Below are positions 60,528 to 64,000 of a stretch of DNA of 64,000 nt, one piece after another (within the stretch, counting starts at the first letter, position 1; every line of letters begins with the position of its first letter). Origin of the DNA: Phallusia mammillata (Eukaryota); assembly GCA_965637545.1 (NCBI GenBank), contig OZ281497.1, forward strand, positions 28,520,001 to 28,584,000, read 5' to 3'. The notes beneath the pieces were generated by a model. That model was not told the origin of the DNA. It worked only from the letters and a program-made list of their open reading frames with translations, and ran no database searches. The translations under genes were made by a program, and so were the position numbers.

Positions 60528-62541
60528 TTGATTCAATGTAAGTTATATTGAACTTTAGTTCCAATGTGTAAAGAGGGTTATGATAAACTGTTGTAAGGTT
60601 AGAGTACGTTATGTTTATTTCTAAATTGCGGCCATACGTCCATACTAATATTTGTGGTAGTAAAGAGATCAATCTTTTGATTGGTTTGTAACTGTACATT
60701 GCGAATAATGGAGTTAGTATTAGGCAACAATTTGTATGTTTGAAACATTAAATAGTTTTTGCAATTGTTTACAAAAAACACCACGCTTGATTTCTTAAAC
60801 ACTGTAATATACCCTCGGCACAGTATTGTACCGTTGATCGCGATGGAGTGTAAATGCAGTTATTCCTAATGTAGGTTTGACAAAGACACTTCAAATTACA
60901 GTTTTGAAATAATTGCAAAAATTTTGGTAAGATCTACAGCAGATTTTTAAACATTTGAGCTTACCTTATGTTTTACAAAGTTTTTTTTTGGATTTAATTT
61001 TGTTGCTTTTTAGGCAAAGAGCGTCGGAAAAAAGTAATCTTTTTCCGAGCCACGGTTGGATTGCGACTTAAAACCAACCAAACGACGAGGTTCGTTTCGT
61101 TTATTTATAATCTTCAGCAGGTGTTATATGATTTTGCTCTGTTAGCACCGTTTTTGACACTTTCAGGGTCGTTACAGGTTGTCTTGTGGGTGTATTATCT
61201 ATAATTATTTTATTAAATAATTTTTGAAACAGTTGATCTCAAATGTACAGGCCAGGTAATATTCAAACCCAAACCAAGATAAAAGTCGCTGTGCAGGTTG
61301 GCGTGGGTAAACACAGACAACAAGTAACAGAATACTAATCAATGGAAGAATGTGGTTGGGTATATATAAGGTTGCAAGCTGCCTAGGTCGCTATTCACTC
61401 TTGATTTTTGTGCTCATAAGAAATTGATAACAGTATTTAACTACTAGTGGGATAATAAAAAAAGCATATAAAGAATATTTTTTGTTATTTGTTTGCAATT
61501 CTCTTGTTGGAACCGTCATCGGTTATTTCTTTGAAGTTATTGTTTTCTCAAAATCTCTGCTTGACGCAAATGGGTGTTGTGATTCCCTGTTTAAGAACCA
61601 CTAAAAGGAAACCGTTGTTTTGATTTCTACAAGGTTAAAATCAAACTGTGCTCGTACAGAAAATAATCACGACCCCAAAACCTATTCTTGGCATTTCGCA
61701 TTAGGCAGTATTTGCCTTTCTTTACTATGAATGTTATCTATGGAAAACAACGGATTGCCTGACGTGCTCGGAGACATAAATAAATTGACCCTCACATTGT
61801 ATGTTGTCAAACGGCGCGTAGGTTTAGAAACAGTGTGCAGATAATCCCCGTGTCAAGCCGGGTAGGTCGTTGAACAATATGTCAGGTCCTTGTGTATGCT
61901 TTGTTCGGCGTCCGTAAACACCAGGGCACAAGGATACAAGTAACATGATACACAACTGAACAAATGGTTGAGTGGGCGGGAGTCCTTTAACCTACGTCAG
62001 TCGCTATTATTCGATGAGCAATTATCTGTGCAAAGGTGACCCCAGCAGAAATGTTGTTCGTTTCAGAATTTAGTTTTGTTCACTTTCTATTTGTAGGAAT
62101 GCGGACCGACCAATCAGATCTTATAGAGCAGTTGCCAACAACCAATATAATAGTTTCAATGGTTTCTTCGACCTAAAGTACGACGCGTTTTTATATTGCA
62201 CACACAAGTTACACTGTTGTCATTTTTTGCATGGTGACTGGATAGACAAGCATTGCCGCAATATCTTTTGACAATTTTTTCCACTTGTACCATACACAGA
62301 CGTCTATAGTTTGCGGCCTATAAAGTCTTTTTATGCAGTCCACGAAACAGAGTAATAATGACGATTTTAATTGTTCAAAATGGAAAATATGTCACAGCTG
62401 TACTGTACTACGTTACATCAAAAATAACTAAAACACTCTGGAGATAAATTACGCTTGGATATATATATTTTTATGTTTGCCGTAAAAGTGAAATTTTGTT
62501 GTCCAGAATCACAGAATTTCGTGATAAGAAATGCTCTAGTT

Positions 62542-63490
62542 CAGTGGTCTTCAACCTTTTTTGAAGGCGACCCAAATTTCAAAGAAAATTAAATCAACAT
62601 TTACATGCGACCCCATTTTTTCCGATGGGGAGAAAAATGTTTGCAGTGATGCCGAAACTGAAACTATTTTTATGTAAATATGACCGCTCAATTTTCCATT
62701 ATACTTTAACTTTGGGGTGCCCAACCCGTCGATCGCGGTCGACGGGTCGATCTCGGACTGGTTTTAAGTCGATCGCGAGGGATTCAGAAAGTTATTTAAA
62801 ATGGTTGTTTTGTGAAAAGTTTTTGAAGAGTGGTACTGTACATAGATGACTTTATTGCGAAAATTAATCATTAGCATATGTTGAAACGTTCACACCACAA
62901 ATACTCTGTAGCCGCTTTGTTACGTCACAGAAGTAATAGGTTTGGTAATACTTGTTTTTTTGTATTGGTAGTTGCTTTGTTTTTCGTAAAAAATATATAT
63001 TTTCGCCTTATCAATCGAAATTAATTTTACCTCAAATGTTTTTCACAATATTGTATTTTAAAGCTGGGATTGGATCAAATTTACAAATGGCCTTCAAAGC
63101 ACTGTAAAAACGTAAAACAGGGCTCGGAAAAATGCAAGTAACCCTTTGGTAATAAGCATGATCTTGCATTAATTTGCCAATTTGTATTGGAAAAATTTCC
63201 CTGTACCCGCCGTGTTATTTTGGACACAATATGTCATTAATGGGGCTCTATGGCGTAACAATTGGTTAGATGACTTGTGTTTCATATAGATTACTGCATC
63301 ACAATGATTAGATTGTGACACGTGGTACCAAGTTATAATGCAGGACATGAGCAAAGGTTGCGAACTAGAACAAAAACGTATCATTTTTTTGGTAATAAAT
63401 TTAAACGCCAATAAATTGAATTTATAGCGACCCCAGAAAAAGTTTACGCGACCCTACTTGGGGTCGCGACCCATAGGTTGAAGACCACTG
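62542..63490 (+). mobile_element. Non-autonomous hAT element containing a second hAT left end (~62713)
   Basis: TIRs CAGTGGTCTTCAACC / GGTTGAAGACCACTG; perfect TSD CTCTAGTT; internal GGGGTGCCCAACCCGTCGATCGCGGTCGAC. Confidence 0.9.
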
Positions 63491-63892
63491 CTCTAGTTAA
63501 CATGACCGTAGGTCTTACCGACATTATACCAATGGGGCACCGTCCCCTAAGTTACAATAAACATCTTTGTAGTTAAATACATCGTTTATAAAATATTAAT
63601 TAGGATCCAGGCAAGGTTCGAAATGTACACAGGCAGCACCCAATGATCGTTTTTCTTAATGGGCACTTCAAAACCCCGCTTTACTTTCTTTTTTAACTAT
63701 ATTAGCAAACATTGAGCAGCTATTTCCGACTTTGTCAAAGTTTTGAATTTTGTTGCTATGTGTTATTTTATCAATCGCAATGTATCAACTTAAACACACA
63801 CTCAAAAACGGCAATTTCTTATGAGTTTAAATTTTAATTGTCTATTCTGCTTAGCACATTGTAAGGTTAAGCTAAAATTTTGGTTGGCGTAG

Positions 63893-64000
63893 ATCACCAC
63901 ACTGACAAACACATGACGGCATACGACTTCGAAATGAAGCTCCAAACGCACTGTGTTGGAAGTTGGAGGATAAACCGAGACACTAAAAATCTAAAAACAC
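63893..64000 (+). repeat. Module copy in unit 3 (truncated by window end)
   Basis: gcgtag|ATCACCACACTGACAAACACATGACGGCATACGACTTCGAAATGA, homologous to the 5825 and 7795 copies. Confidence 0.55.

Noticed and set aside
61978-61995. U12-type branch-point-like GTCCTTTAAC
   Set aside because: Imperfect match, not at the proper distance from an acceptor, and no ATATCC/GTATCC donor found.

Overview
Eukaryotic, AT-rich, intron-containing metazoan DNA. An invertebrate chordate such as an ascidian is my guess; the sequence does not prove it. The window is a + strand tandem array of about 27-31 kb units. Each unit appears to run: TATA promoter with short first exon, an array of paralogous non-coding exon-like modules, then an NLR (NACHT-LRR) gene. 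NLR-1 CDS: join(15719..15955,16155..18170,19705..19866,21092..21247,23481..23642,24337..24498,27148..27318), 1021 aa. NLR-2 CDS: join(48770..51166,52467..52628,53880..54041,55597..55761), 961 aa, valid only if a frameshifted LRR exon (52778..52934) is skipped. A third unit starts near 60.3 kb and runs off the window. Neither NLR shows a recognisable CARD/PYD/DEATH domain. Both instead start MG-N (myristoylation-like), carry a Q/G/P-rich 13-aa unit (1 copy vs 12 copies) and share a short RHIM-like GDTxIxTxGPV motif. The LRRs are phase-0 162-bp cassettes with weak splice sites and a hypervariable two-codon window. Mobile DNA includes a decayed BEL/Pao element with a nested Penelope-like element (12-bp TSD, minimal hammerhead ribozyme), L1-like and Gypsy fragments, several hAT MITEs with 8-bp TSDs and a tRNA-Leu-like retroposed insert. 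Gene models were read by hand from GT-AG sites and frame continuity; no expression data were available.
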